NCBI RefSeq assembly: GCF_009914755.1
Contig: NC_060935.1
DNA: 64,000 nucleotides
Strand: one strand, 5' to 3'
Source of the DNA: the human T2T-CHM13v2.0 reference genome, Homo sapiens
How positions within the stretch are numbered: the stretch's first letter is position 1; each line of letters begins with the position of its first letter. The notes beneath the pieces were generated by a model. The model did not search any database. It was not told the DNA's origin and worked only from the letters and a program-made list of their open reading frames with translations. Shown here piece after piece: positions 1 through 28,669 of the stretch. Both the position numbers and the translations under genes were made by a program.

Positions 1-94
1 ACAAAACAAAACCACCATTTGCTACTTCCAATGTAAGAGCTGATTTAGTCAAGATTTATCAATTGATAACTAGGTATAAGGTGATTTTAAAGAA

Positions 95-1306
<1,212 letters not shown>

Positions 1307-1927
1307 TCTATCAGCATGGGGAGATAAAGCAAATATGGCAAGGCTTTCAGCTGTTGATTCCAGGCGAAGAGTTGTCCTACAGGTGTTCACTGCACTTTTC
1401 TTTCAACTTTTCTCTATGTTCTAAACTTTGCACAATAAAACCTTTGGGAGAAATTATTTTTCTATAAATTTTCACCACCATCTGTCCCACTGAAACACCA
1501 CAGTTCTAAAACATTCAAGAGGTCATGGTAACATTTCCGTGTCTTTGTAATTTTAGATAAATTCTAAGAATTAACAATGAATTTCGAAAACTTTCAATGA
1601 AACCTCAGTTCATTAGTCCTTCACTTTCAGATAACAAATACTAGATCAGAAAAGGGGTAAACAGTTTTGATACAGTAATTTTAAGACTTTGCATGCTTGG
1701 GCATGCTAACACTATGTAAAATGTAAATAGTGCGAAGATTTCTGGACTGAAACCAGTCCTCGGGCAAACACAAAACAATTTAATCAAACTGCCGACATAA
1801 TGAAATCTACAGTCTTACAGACTATGCAATAGAACGCTCCTATTTTGCCTCATCTCTGCCAACCTCCAATAACATCTTCCACGTTATAAGCTAGGGAACC
1901 TGAAAAACGAAAACCTAAGTGCATGTC

Positions 1928-1941
1928 GTTGCTATGGCAAT
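1928..1941. promoter_or_regulatory. RFX X-box motif in CSTF3 intron 1
   Basis: GTTGCTATGGCAAT versus the consensus GTTGCCATGGCAAC, in unique sequence about 0.9 kb from exon 1. Confidence 0.55.
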
Positions 1942-2833
1942 GGGAAATTTCAGGAAATTGAGACTGCAGGCTACCTAGCCTCCATTTTAGAAACTGTATT
2001 TATCTAAACACACCAGGACTTAGATCGAAAAACACATTTAATGGCATTTTTCATAACTATTTAGCTTCCTCTTTCACACTAAAAGGTAAATACTATCCTA
2101 CAAAATTCTGAATACAAAGAGCAAAAGAAACAAATCACACTGATCTAACCTAAAAGTGTGAATTTTAAAATATTTAGTTGTCACTCATATTTACTATTAA
2201 AACAGATGCTTTTATTTACAGTGGCCAAAACAGACTTCTCATTTTCAACTTATACCTGCAATGTTTATGTAGCTGGAAAAATGAAAACGAAATGTGACTA
2301 AAAGAAAAGAAAACGAAAGAAAGCCACAAAATTCCCAAAACCTCAGCATAACTTGCTTCTTTCTTCACTCGCTCTCATTAGGTCTTAATTCTCCAGATTA
2401 GCTTTGTCTCAAATATTTCTCAAACTAGTAACCTATTTCTGGGTACAGTATATTTGGCGGGGTAAAAGAAACACTGTCAAGTTTTTCTAAAACGTCGGGT
2501 GCACGTTAAAATAATTCCTATCCACTCTAATACCAAAACGATATCAAAGGAAAGCATCCCATCTGGAGTAGTCCCATGAATCTAAATAGGACGAAGCAGC
2601 CTACCGCTATTGTCTAAATCAAGTATTTACTCGTATTCATGCCTAAGAGAGAGAAGTAAAAAAAAAAAAATTAAATCTTAGATCTTGCTCCCCATTCCCA
2701 CCACTCTTCTATATACCCTGTCCCCCGGGTTCACTAGACCCAATTCCTTCCTCAGCCGAACATGTCTGGAGCAGTCGGAGGAACAGACGTGGAGAAGAGG
2801 TCGCCACGAGGCCCCACCACTCTCCTTCCTCAC

Positions 2834-2860
2834 CTGCTCCGTGGCTCCGTCTCCTGACAT
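2834..2860 (-). CDS. CSTF3: Cleavage stimulation factor subunit 3 (CstF-77), first coding exon (9 codons); the gene continues leftward out of the window
   Basis: Minus strand reads GAGGCC-ATG TCA GGA GAC GGA GCC ACG GAG CAG|GTGAGG. MSGDGATEQ matches the CstF-77 N-terminus as I recall it (MSGDGATEQAAEYVPEK...). Good Kozak context, canonical phase-0 donor at 2833, lies in a CpG-rich promoter. Confidence 0.95.
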
Positions 2861-3035
2861 GGCCTCAGCTGATTACAACGTGCGCACTGACCGTCGATGG
2901 GAAGCTAGAAAAGAAAAATTAAACTAAAAACCACCCCCAAATCAGTAAAGTTACCCCCTGCCCAGCTGAGCCAGACCGCCAACACCAATCGCCACCGCCC
3001 ACTCAGATATGAATTAAAATGGCTGCGCCCCTGCC
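2861..3035 (-). other. CSTF3: CSTF3 5'UTR part of exon 1 (TSS position approximate)
   Basis: Lies between the ATG and the promoter motif cluster; YY1-type GCCATTTT on the minus strand near 3016-3023 is typical just downstream of a housekeeping TSS. Confidence 0.7.
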
Positions 3036-3725
3036 GGCCGAGGAGGAGGTGTGTGGCTTCCGCATTAACTTCCGGGGCAGTGGGCGGGGCTAATTTCGCG
3101 ACTCTGGTTATTCCGAGCGTGCAGAAAGCAGCGAGATCCCGGGGCGGGCCCAATTCCTGGGCTGACGTCACTACCCTGGCTTGGAGAGGCTGTTGCTGAG
3201 CCGGCTCCAACCGGCTGGAAGGCGGGAAGCTGTTTCGCCTGGAGGCTCGCGCGCTTTTTGGAATTCAGTTATCAAGCTTTAGAGCCTGGCTACTCACAGT
3301 TGAAGCCTGATTGCAGGTCAGCAATGCTAAACGTTAAATGCCTCTTATATTTAGGGGATAAGGACTCCGTGGAGGTTTTCTCTGGTCCCAGCTCCTGCTT
3401 TTTACTTTTCTTGGGGGTGGGAGGGATAGATCAAGCCCCCATTAATTTTTACTGCCACCGTCGACTCTTGTGTAGAAAGCTTTGAAGTCTGAGACCTGGG
3501 TTTTCAGCTCAACATCTCAGCTTGGTTCCTTGACTGCAAAGTAGGTATAATTGTTTGTAGCCCAGACTGCTTGGATTTTAACGAAGATAAGTAACTCTGG
3601 TAATTAAACTTCGTACCTCAGCTTTCTGGCCTATAGATGGGAATAATAATAGTACCTGCAAGTGAAATAAATTATACATAGAAAAGTGTTAGAACAGTAC
3701 CTGGCATTAAGATTAAATGAGATTG

Positions 3726-4341
<616 letters not shown>

Positions 4342-4762
4342 TAAATGATACTAAATCTTCTCAAACTGCTCTTCCATTTAAGCGTCATCGTAAGATGTCT
4401 GCAAGCATTTCTCGCCTACGGGGGTCCAATGCCCTAAAATAACCTAGTGAACTGTTCCCAGACTCGCCTTATTCTTTTAGGTCTCCTTTCCTCTGCTCAA
4501 ACTTACACTTACTCCCTTTCCACAGGCTGAAATCTTACCCTTAAAATAATCAGACACATGAGCAAAAGATATGTATTAACAGATGTTCATTGCACCATCC
4601 AGCAATGGAGGACTGGTTAAAAATATCACAAGATTTATCTCTGCAATGGAATATCACACAGCAAACTGATGCTAATGTACGATGACTGACAGAAAGGCAA
4701 CCACCGTATTAAATGAAGAAAAGCAGAATATGAAAGTGTTTTACGTATATATACTTACCACT

Positions 4763-9524
<4,762 letters not shown>

Positions 9525-10881
9525 TATTTTTGCTTTTAAAAGATGTGGGACCTATGCTAACTAGTATGACATAGACTCTTCTGCCTCCTATTGTCCTCCT
9601 AAGAGAAGAAGCTAAATACCTCTGTCTAGGGTGGACACTTGAGTCAGAATCTACCCAGTAGATGCACTCCACACTGATGAATTAACAGTCTAACGTACTT
9701 AAAAGATTAATGCTCAAAGGAGAGAGAGAATATGTGGACACTGGTGTAGTCAGTCCTAGAATTGCCTTGGCTGTGAAATGGCTTGTAATTTTAAACCATA
9801 TATGTCCTTACGGTCGAACCCTTTTTCCCTAAGACTGAATGAACGTTTGTTCTTTGGAACCCAAAGTGTCACACAACCACATTTTGACAAATTATCAATT
9901 CATGTCCTCTTTCCTCTTCTTTTTCTATGTTCACTCACCTTTTATGTGGGCCTGTTCACCTAATGATTCATTTGAAATAGAAGTAATTTTTAAAACCAGA
10001 AGTAATTTTTAAAAACAGAAATTTTTACCAACTCTGAAAACAACTTGGTGTTGTTTAAAAGTAATGAATATGTTAGAACTTTCCTTCCACAAGTTTCATT
10101 ATTATTCTTTATCCTGGGAATTATATAAAGGATTTATTCATTTTCTAAGAGAAAAATCTATAATTCCATAAATTTACATAATTTAAAATGCCATGTCTGT
10201 TTTCACTACATGAACTTGACCCACAAAGGCCTCTCAGTAAAGTGTGTGTGCCTCATAATCTTTGGTGTGATAATACTCTGCACAGTAATACAATACTACT
10301 TCTATACTCAGTATGGTGACTTTCATCCAAAGACTCCTCTAAATTCCTTTTATGAGGCAAAAAACACTTAGACTCTATGATGGTCATTTTATTGTTTACT
10401 ACTAATAGTACACAGAGGATGGAATGTGCTATCTCTGGCACGAAGAGTTCTGCTGGAAGTTTAGAGAGAATAAAATGTCTTCATACTTCAACGACCAAAG
10501 AGAAAACACTTGTGGAAAAGAGAGCAAGCAAAGTTCCAAGAAGTATATATTTATTATCTCTGTGCTGGTTAGTTGGAACTCTTTGTCAATGAGGTCATAG
10601 TTTTTAATCCCGGTGTGGCTCATTTATCTCTACTAGTTTCCTTAATCATAACATGCACCCCTGACCCCAGCCAACTGCTTGACAAGGGTCTTTTCTTGAG
10701 CAAAATGGGGCCTAAAAAGAGAATAAAATAATCTGTGCAAATCCACCACTGTAATTGGAAAAATAATTTAAAATGCCCAATTAACAAAGAATTTATAGAC
10801 TCATATTTTCATCTAGACCTAGTTAGCAGTCATATACAGTAGTCTGCATACATAGGCACTGCCTATGTATACAGACCATCA

Positions 10882-11209
<328 letters not shown>

Positions 11210-11402
11210 CTAGTAAAATAATTTGATGCCATCTATGTGTTGGAAAGGATGTAATATATTCCTTAGCATCTAACTTGGAAATACAACTACGTGAAAATTG
11301 GTTGATGACGATCACTGTAGTATTATTCAACAATAAACCTGTCGGACACAGTGGCTCACGCCTGTGATCCCAGCACTTTGGGAGGTCGAGGTGGGAGGAT
11401 CA

Positions 11403-11671
<269 letters not shown>

Positions 11672-12679
11672 CTAATTGAGTAATGATTTTTCTCTTAAAG
11701 GGAAATCCTAAAAAGAAATTCACTAAGGAAGTCAAATAAAAGAATGTACAATTTTTATACATGACAAAAACCAACAAACATAACCTGCTGTATTAGAAGT
11801 TTTTTGTTTTGGACTCAAATTTTTGTGTAGGTATATATTGACATACAAGAAATTAGTCACATTGTGTCACTGTATGATCCTCACCTATAAAATAATTTGC
11901 CTTCACATTTTGGGAATCTAAGTCTTGTGAGTGACAAGTTTGGGGACAGTTTATGCTGTCTTCTTACTCCTACTTGCACCAGGGACCATTACCATAGCTC
12001 TTTTTAGAAAGGAAAAGTAGTTGTTTCTTCTTCTTGCCTCATGAAAGTTCCATATGCCCTATTCTTCATCATGTCTGAAAACGTAAGTAGAATTATTTAA
12101 AAGCCTCATGTTTAAATATTTAATCTGCAAGCCATTATTGAGGTCCTGCTCTGTATCTTGAATCTTTTGTACACTGTGATTCAAATATAAGTGGCATACA
12201 GCCTCTGCCTTCCAGAAACTCGGTGTAGATTTAAATGCCTAGTTACTAAATTCCTTTAAAAAATAAATAAATTCGGCCGGGCGCAGTGGCTCACGCCTGT
12301 AATCCCAGCACTTTGGGAGGCCAAGGAGGGCAGATCATGAGGTCAAGAGATCGAGACCATCCTGGCCAACATGGTGAAACTCCGTCTCAACTAAAAATAC
12401 AAAAATTAGTTGGGCGTGGTGGCATGAGCCTGTAGTCCCAGCTACTCAGGAGGCTGAGGCGGGAGAATCACTTGAACCTGAGAAGTGGAGGTTGCAGTGA
12501 GCTGAGATTGCGCATTGCACTCCAGCCTGGCAACAGAGCAAGACTCTGCCTCAAAAATAAATAAATAAATAAATAAATTCTAGACTTCTCTTTCATGAAG
12601 GTATTTAAACATTAGGGTGCAACTATAAAAACATTAGGATGCAGCAGTAAGTTTGCCAACAATGTTAGATTTTTAAAAT

Positions 12680-14485
<1,806 letters not shown>

Positions 14486-16074
14486 AAGAGTTAACTGAAG
14501 GAAGTTTAACATAAGGCAGATATGAATAAAAGTGTGGGCAGGTGTTAAAAGAACATCATAGTTTGTGAAGCACATAGGACTGGCATCGTCAGCCAAAAGA
14601 GAGGAAGGATCCAATACTAGGATCTGGCAGGAACTATGGCTATGGGGAAGAATACTCAGCAGAAGCTGTGTCCCTGGGTAGAGGAATGCAGCCATTGCCC
14701 AACCTCCCAGACAGAAGCTGGGAGGGCCAGGGAGCCAGAATAATGCAATCCATAGAGGTCAGCGAGGGCTTTGCAGCATGGCTGTGGTGAGCAAATGGAG
14801 GATAGGTAGCATAACCTCTCTATCAATAAGGTTTCCTTGGTGCAAGTATCAGAAGCCTACTCTGGCTAACTTAAATAGGAAGAGCTATAGGGGAGGTCAC
14901 ATGAATCCAAGAAAAGTCCAAAGAAACATTGAGAAGACCAGGACAGCTTTGGAGATGGCAAAATAGAATTTTTAGATTGTCTCTTTAGGGTATTGTTGCC
15001 AGAGCGAATAATCTCTATTAATGTCATTTTGACCCTTGTGTACAGAATTGTTTTTTCTCTCCAAGGTTTTTTTATTATAAAAATGTCAAACAAACACATA
15101 GAAAAGTTAACAGAATAGTACAATACCGATATAGCCTCTACCTAGTTTAATACTTGTTAACATTTTGCTATATTTCCTCTTACTCTCTATGTGTGTACAT
15201 ATACATTTCATTTTTTGTTAATCTTCTTGAAAATAAGTTGATGACATTCTGATACCTTAGCTCTAAATATCTTAGTACAGGTCTCCTAAGAATTAGGACA
15301 ATCTTTTACAAAACCACAATACATTGTCATCTAAAGAAAATTAGCTATAATTTCATAATATCATCTAATCTGCAGCTCATATTCAAATTTTGCCAATTGC
15401 CCTGGTAAGATGGGTTTTATTTGTTTGAACAAAAATCCAATCAATTTTCACACTTTTTTTTTCTTCATGATATATGACTTGTTGAAAAAGGCAGGCCAGT
15501 GTTTTACATTCTGGATTTGTCTTTTTTATTTCCTCAGGGTGTCATTTAATTTATAACTCCATTCCTGTTTCTTTTAAGATGAAAGGTAGCCCTGGAGGGT
15601 TGGTAATAACACTTGAGAGGTGATATTGTATACTTTATATTGCATCACATCATGAGACACTTAATGTCAGTGCTGAGCTTGATCAGTTGATTGAGGTGAT
15701 CTGCTCAGGATTTAAATTTCAGGGAAGTTACACACTGAGTATAAGGCAACTATAATTGTTGTATTCATTTATTTATATTTTTATTTTTTGAGACAGGGTC
15801 TTGCTTTGTCACCCAGGCTGGAGTACAGTCGTGCAAACATGGCTCACCGTAGCCTTGATCTCCCTCACTCAAGCAATCCTCCTGCCTCAGCCTCCCAAGT
15901 AGCTGGGACTGCAGGCACGCACCACCACGCCTGGCTAATTTTTGTGTTTTTTTGTAAAGATAGGGTTTTGCCATGTTGCCCAAGCTGGTCTCAAACTCCT
16001 GGCCTCAAGAGATTCTCCCACATCAGCCTCCCAAAATGCTGGGATGACAGGTGTGAGCCACCAGGCCTGGCCAA

Positions 16075-18170
<2,096 letters not shown>

Positions 18171-18189
18171 TCTTTCTTTGTCTCTTTTG

Positions 18190-19800
<1,611 letters not shown>

Positions 19801-20038
19801 GGGCTGCCCCGCTACTTGAAAGAGGTGAGATCAATAGGTCCTCAAACCCTAAATGGAATTATCTGTGGCAGATATAGGGTAGTCTGACCAGGTAGTCTGC
19901 TCTGACTTAATTTAGTAACAATTGGAAATTTAGAAGACGGTGATTCTTAGAAAAAATACAATTTGACTTCTTTGGATCTGGCCCAAAATGTCCTTATAGT
20001 GTTGGGTCACTTTCTCAGAATGTGAGCTGATAGGATAC

Positions 20039-20407
20039 TGATATGGTTTGGCTGTGTCCCAAATCTCATCTTGAATTGTAGTTTCCATAATCCCCACGTG
20101 TGGTGGGAGGGATCTGATGGGAGGTAATTGAATCATGGGGGCGGTTACCTCCATGCTATTCTCATGGTAGTGAGGGAGGTCTCATGAGATCTAATGAGTT
20201 TATAATGGGCTTTTCCCCTTTTGCTCAGCACTTCTCCTTCCTGCTGCCATGTGAAAAAGCATGTGTTTGCTTCCCCTTCCACCATGATTGTAAGTTTCCC
20301 GAGGCCTTCCCAGCCCTGCAGAATTGTGAGTCAATTAAACCTCTTTCCTTTATAAACTACCCAGTCTCGGGCAGTTATTTATAACAGCATGAGAAAGAAC
20401 TAATAGA
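20039..20407 (+). mobile_element. THE1 (THE1D-like) MaLR solo LTR
   Basis: Starts TGATATGGTTTGGCTGTGTCCC, contains GAGTCAATTAAACCTCTTTCC, ends AACTAATAGA; imperfect 5-bp TSD GATAC/GATAA. Confidence 0.9.
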
Positions 20408-20676
20408 GATAAAAAAGAGATTGTATCAACATACACATTTACTTTTCCAGTGAAAGAATGAAGAAAACATGCATGTTTGAGGTTTTCTTGAGGGAAGTAT
20501 CTAATGATTCACATACAACCAGGGACTCTTCAGGCTGAAGATAGCTTGTAATTTTTCTTCTAGTCCCCTAGTAGACTAATTTAAACCTGTTTTCTATTCA
20601 TCACTCCTAGAGGTGATGACTGTTCTGGAATTAAGGTTCAAAGGAGGTAAAAAAAGGAAGAACTGTTTGGAGAAAT

Positions 20677-21289
20677 TGTTACTGGTGGAAGGTGTCCAGG
20701 TTCTTGGTACTTTAAACAAAAGAATTGGACAAATCACACAAAGAATGAAATAACACAAGGAGAGATTTATTGAAAATGAATTCACACTCCACAGGGTGGG
20801 AGCAGCCCAAGCAAGTGGCTGAAGAGCTTGGTTACAGAATTTTCTGTGGTTTAAATACCCTCTAGAGGTTTCCCATTGGTTACTTGGTATACACCCTATG
20901 TAAATGAAGTAGTGGCCTGTGATCAGTCTGATTGATTGCAGAGTGACCAAAAAGAGGCTGAAGTGAAATTACAAAGTTACACCCTAAGCAGACTTCCGAT
21001 TGGTTGTGGAAAGTGACCAATCAGAGGCTAAAGTGAAGTTATAAAGTTATACTCCTATGCAAATGAAGACTTGGCCCATGACTAGCCTGATTGGTTGTGG
21101 GAGGGGACCAATCACAGGTACTTTCAATTTTTCATCTGCCATGCAGAAAAGGGGTGGGTTGCAAAGGGAGTAGCCTCTAGTCCTTTTGTTACCCGAGCAT
21201 AGGAAGTTGGGGTTTTCCTTTGGTTTAGTTCTAGGAAATCAGCATGAATCAGCCTTAGATTCCCTGCCTCCAGACCCTATTCTGCCTCA
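20677..21289 (-). mobile_element. MER51-type ERV1 solo LTR
   Basis: Minus strand starts TGAGGCAGAATAGGGTCTGGAGGCAGGGAATCTAAGG and ends ...AACA; tandem CCAAT repeats; AATAAA; 4-bp TSD AAAT. Confidence 0.85.
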
Positions 21290-21656
21290 AAATCGTTGAT
21301 TCTGAGGCTATGGCAAGGAAAGTCAAGTTACATTTGAACATCTTACTGTAGCAGAAAGTAAAAAAGTGCTGAAAAATTGGTGGGGACACAGAAGCCAGCT
21401 CGAAGGGGACTCCCACTGGTTAAACTTAGCATCAAAATAAATAACAGGAATGGATTATAACTCATTGATTAACCAAAAATGAATCAATGATTCCCTATTA
21501 TTACAAAAAAAGAAAATCACCTTAAAAAAAACTTCAGCTGGGCGCAGTGGCTCACGCCTGTAATCCCAGCACTTTGGGAGGCCGAGGTGGGCGGATCACC
21601 TAAGGTTGGGAGTTCGAGACCAGCCTGACCAACATGGAGAAACCCCGTCTCTACTA

Positions 21657-21815
<159 letters not shown>

Positions 21816-22085
21816 TCAACCCCCCCCCCCCAAAAAAACCTCCATGTTAAAAAGTATTAGTGGTGTTAATGTGGCTTTTGAAATTTGAAAATCCAGTTTT
21901 GCTGTTTTTTAATGTTCATGTGAAAGAATAAACGTTCCTATAAAATGTCCCTACAAATATTGAAAAATTAGCTTTTCATTAGTAAAAGCAAAATTCATGT
22001 ATCTTCTAAAGAGTACATATTTTACAAGCCTCATTAGACACTCTTGACACAAAACATTCAGAAATAGAAAACAAGCATTGATTAA

Positions 22086-22388
<303 letters not shown>

Positions 22389-22688
22389 TGAACCACCATG
22401 CCCAGCCAAGTCCCTGGAATTGAGCCCTAGGCTGTGTCTCTGCCTTCTGGGTAAATGAGGAACAGAAATGAAAATTCTGTGGGAGTCAGTGTGAAATTGC
22501 ATCTTCTACACAGGCAGAGTTTGAAATGTACATCCTAGTCTCCATCACCAGCACAGACATCTCCAGTTCATGCTTAGGTAAATAACCTGTTCTAGTTGTA
22601 GGAGTCCCAGACATTCCAGCTCCCACCACACCCATGTGGACTCACATGGAGATCTCTGCCCAACGCTGAGTCGCAACTGCCACATTCA

Positions 22689-22979
<291 letters not shown>

Positions 22980-22986
22980 TCAGCTA

Positions 22987-23094
<108 letters not shown>

Positions 23095-23095
23095 T

Positions 23096-23128
<33 letters not shown>

Positions 23129-23343
23129 GGCTTTCAACTGAAATCATAGAAGACCACCTTTTTATAGCCTCCAAAGTAATCATTGATCCATACAATAATC
23201 ATCAATAAATACTAAAACTATTATGTGAAATACTGTTGGGGAACAGGATACTCATAGTTTCCAAGTATCACTCCACAGAATATTTCTTAATTACAAAGGA
23301 AAAACATCTTTATGTCAGAGAAATCCAGGAGGACCTTAGCTGA

Positions 23344-23689
<346 letters not shown>

Positions 23690-23706
23690 TGACATGCTGT
23701 GCCCCT

Positions 23707-24332
23707 TGTGTTGGGGATCCCTAAGATCAACCTCAGGTTTGATGATTCACTAGAAGTACTCAAAAAACTCAAAAAAACCTGTTCTGCTCACAGCTACAGT
23801 ATCTTACAAAGAAAGGGCACAGATTTAAATCAGCAAAGTGAAAAGGTGCATGAGGTTAAGTATAGGAGAAATCAGGGGCAAGCTTCCAGTTGTCCTCTCC
23901 CAGTGGGGCCACACAGACTGTACTTAATTCTCTCAGCAACTATGTGTGACAACAGGTGTGAAGACTGCTGTCCAAAGAAGCAGACCCAAGCCCCTTGGTC
24001 CTCAGGATTTTCATGGTGGTCAATCACATAAGCATGTGTTGTCCATGTGGCTGACTTTAGCTGTCCAGTCTCCAGACCTCGAGAGGTCAAACTGATATAG
24101 CATGGTCCAGGACCCCAGGCATAGAAAAACAGGTGTTCACCGTAAGTCAGATCGTTAGCACAAACTAACTGATCAAACAAATAATTTGGCCCAGGGCCTA
24201 AGGCATATAGAAACACTCTTATCAGGCAGGATAATTGCTCAGAGGTTACCTTCCAGCAGCAGGTCAAGGTCCAGTCCTTTCTTGGGGATGTTTGAACAGT
24301 CCAAGCCTCCTGAGTTAACCCCTTACAGAACA
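23707..24332 (-). mobile_element. MER21-type solo LTR
   Basis: TGTTGGGGATCCCTAAGATCAACCTCAGGTTTGATGATTCACTAGAAG ... TGAGTTAACCCCTTACAGAACA. Confidence 0.8.
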
Positions 24333-24559
24333 CTCCCTGATATGAAAAGGGCACAAATCAACAATGTAGTATACTGCAAAAATATCTTATCTAGATATAA
24401 CAATGAGGAAACCATTAGAGATCCCAGGATTGATCAGCTTGGCAAAACAATTGTCCTGACTCTTTAAAAAAATGTCAATTATGGAAAACAAAAACAAACA
24501 AAAAAAAGGGGGCAACTTTTCTAGATTAAAGGGCAACTTTTCTAGATTAAAGGAGACTT

Positions 24560-26831
<2,272 letters not shown>

Positions 26832-28338
26832 TAAACTTCTTTTGACTGCTTGTCTACCAAAGGCCTTATTATAATATCATCATATATTTACTCCTAAGGG
26901 CATGAGAGTGGTCTTTTCTTGTTTGGTTTTCCAATTTAATTTAATAGGAAAACTTATCTCGGTTTAATTATGTAAATGTTAAATATGTGTGATTTTCTCT
27001 CTAAATATGTTTGAATACATCAGTGACAAGTACATTTTTATGTATCTTACAAATGAATAAAAGGAAAAAGAAAATCTTCCAAGCAACTCCAATAGTTCTC
27101 TATAAGTGCTAATATATGAATGTTAGTTGATAGAAAAAGCAGTATTAACAGGAAGAAAGTAATTTATTAGTTAATTTGCTTTCCAAAACTAAAACTGTAA
27201 TAAGAGGGCTCTTGCTTAGAAAAGGAATGTTGAAAACAACCTCATATGCTACACATTGCACTAAGTATTCCTCCAGAGAAAAATAGAAGAATGCCTTAAA
27301 TAATATGATAGTGGAAGATGGGACAAAACAAAAAGCACTTGAATTAATTTGATTAGTGCTCTGTTGAAGTTAAGAATATAGGGTCCTACACATGTACAAA
27401 CATAGAACAGTAGCAGATTTAGGGAATCACTATTAGACTGCACCTGTTGGAGTCCTCGGTGAATCCAGTCCTTGTTTAAGGCTTCCAGTTGGAGCTGGCA
27501 GTTGTTGTAGGGATTAAATTATTTAAAGCCTTCAGCTGGCTAGTGTAGGCAAGCAGTAGCTTAGAAAACACTTAATCTATTTTTTAAAATCTGTTCCTAA
27601 GTTTTCTTTGCTTAGGCTGTAAGACTACATGTAACACCCACCTGCCACATTCTGCAATCTTTTAAATTTATCCAAGAAAAAAAAGTTTTTTGAGGAATAT
27701 TTATATTTTAATACAATATGCTTATTTTGAACATAATCTATTTGTAATAAACAAATCATTTGCTAAGTATCTAAAAACATATTGTTTAAATTAATTTCAA
27801 AAGGAAATTACCAAATTACCTATTTTCACAGCCATCTTTTAAATTTTATTTTTAATCATAGTTAGAGGGGCTTTTGATAACCAACATTATGTGAACCCTT
27901 TCAATAGAAACATTATTTTATTTTATATATTTTTTTAGATGAGGTCTCGCTCTGTTGCCCAGTCTGGAGTGCAGTAGCACAATCTCGGCTCACTCCAACC
28001 TTCACTTCCCCAGTTCAAGTGATTCTCCTGCCTCAGCCTCCCCTGTAGCTGGGATTACAGGCATGTGCCATCAAGTCCAGCTAATTTTTGTATTTTTAGT
28101 AGAGATGGGGTTTCACCATGTTGGCCAGGGTGGTCTTGAACTCCTGACCTTAAGTGATCCACTGGTTTCAGCCCCCTAAAGTGTTGGGATTATAGGCGTG
28201 AGCTACTGCACCTGGCCAGAAACATTTTTTTAAGCCAGCTCCATATATATTACATAATTCGGTAACACATTACAATGTATTTAACTTCTGTTTAGAAAAT
28301 TAGAATCACTTAATAAATCTTACTGTGCTTTGGAGTGA

Positions 28339-28669
<331 letters not shown>

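Larger units (their letters stand above)
2720..3260. promoter_or_regulatory. CpG-rich, TATA-less bidirectional promoter (CSTF3 and divergent transcript)
   Basis: Non-Alu CpG cluster with YY1-like AAAATGGCTGC (3016-3026), ETS/GABP ACTTCCGG (3068-3075), GC boxes (3082-3090, 3141-3149), E2F-like TTTCGCG (3094-3100) and GGCGGGAA (3221-3228), and a perfect CRE TGACGTCA (3163-3170). Confidence 0.88.

Noticed and set aside
2678-2833. 60-aa ORF continuing after MSGDGATEQ
   Set aside because: Read-through past the canonical donor into intron 1; only the first 9 codons are CSTF3.
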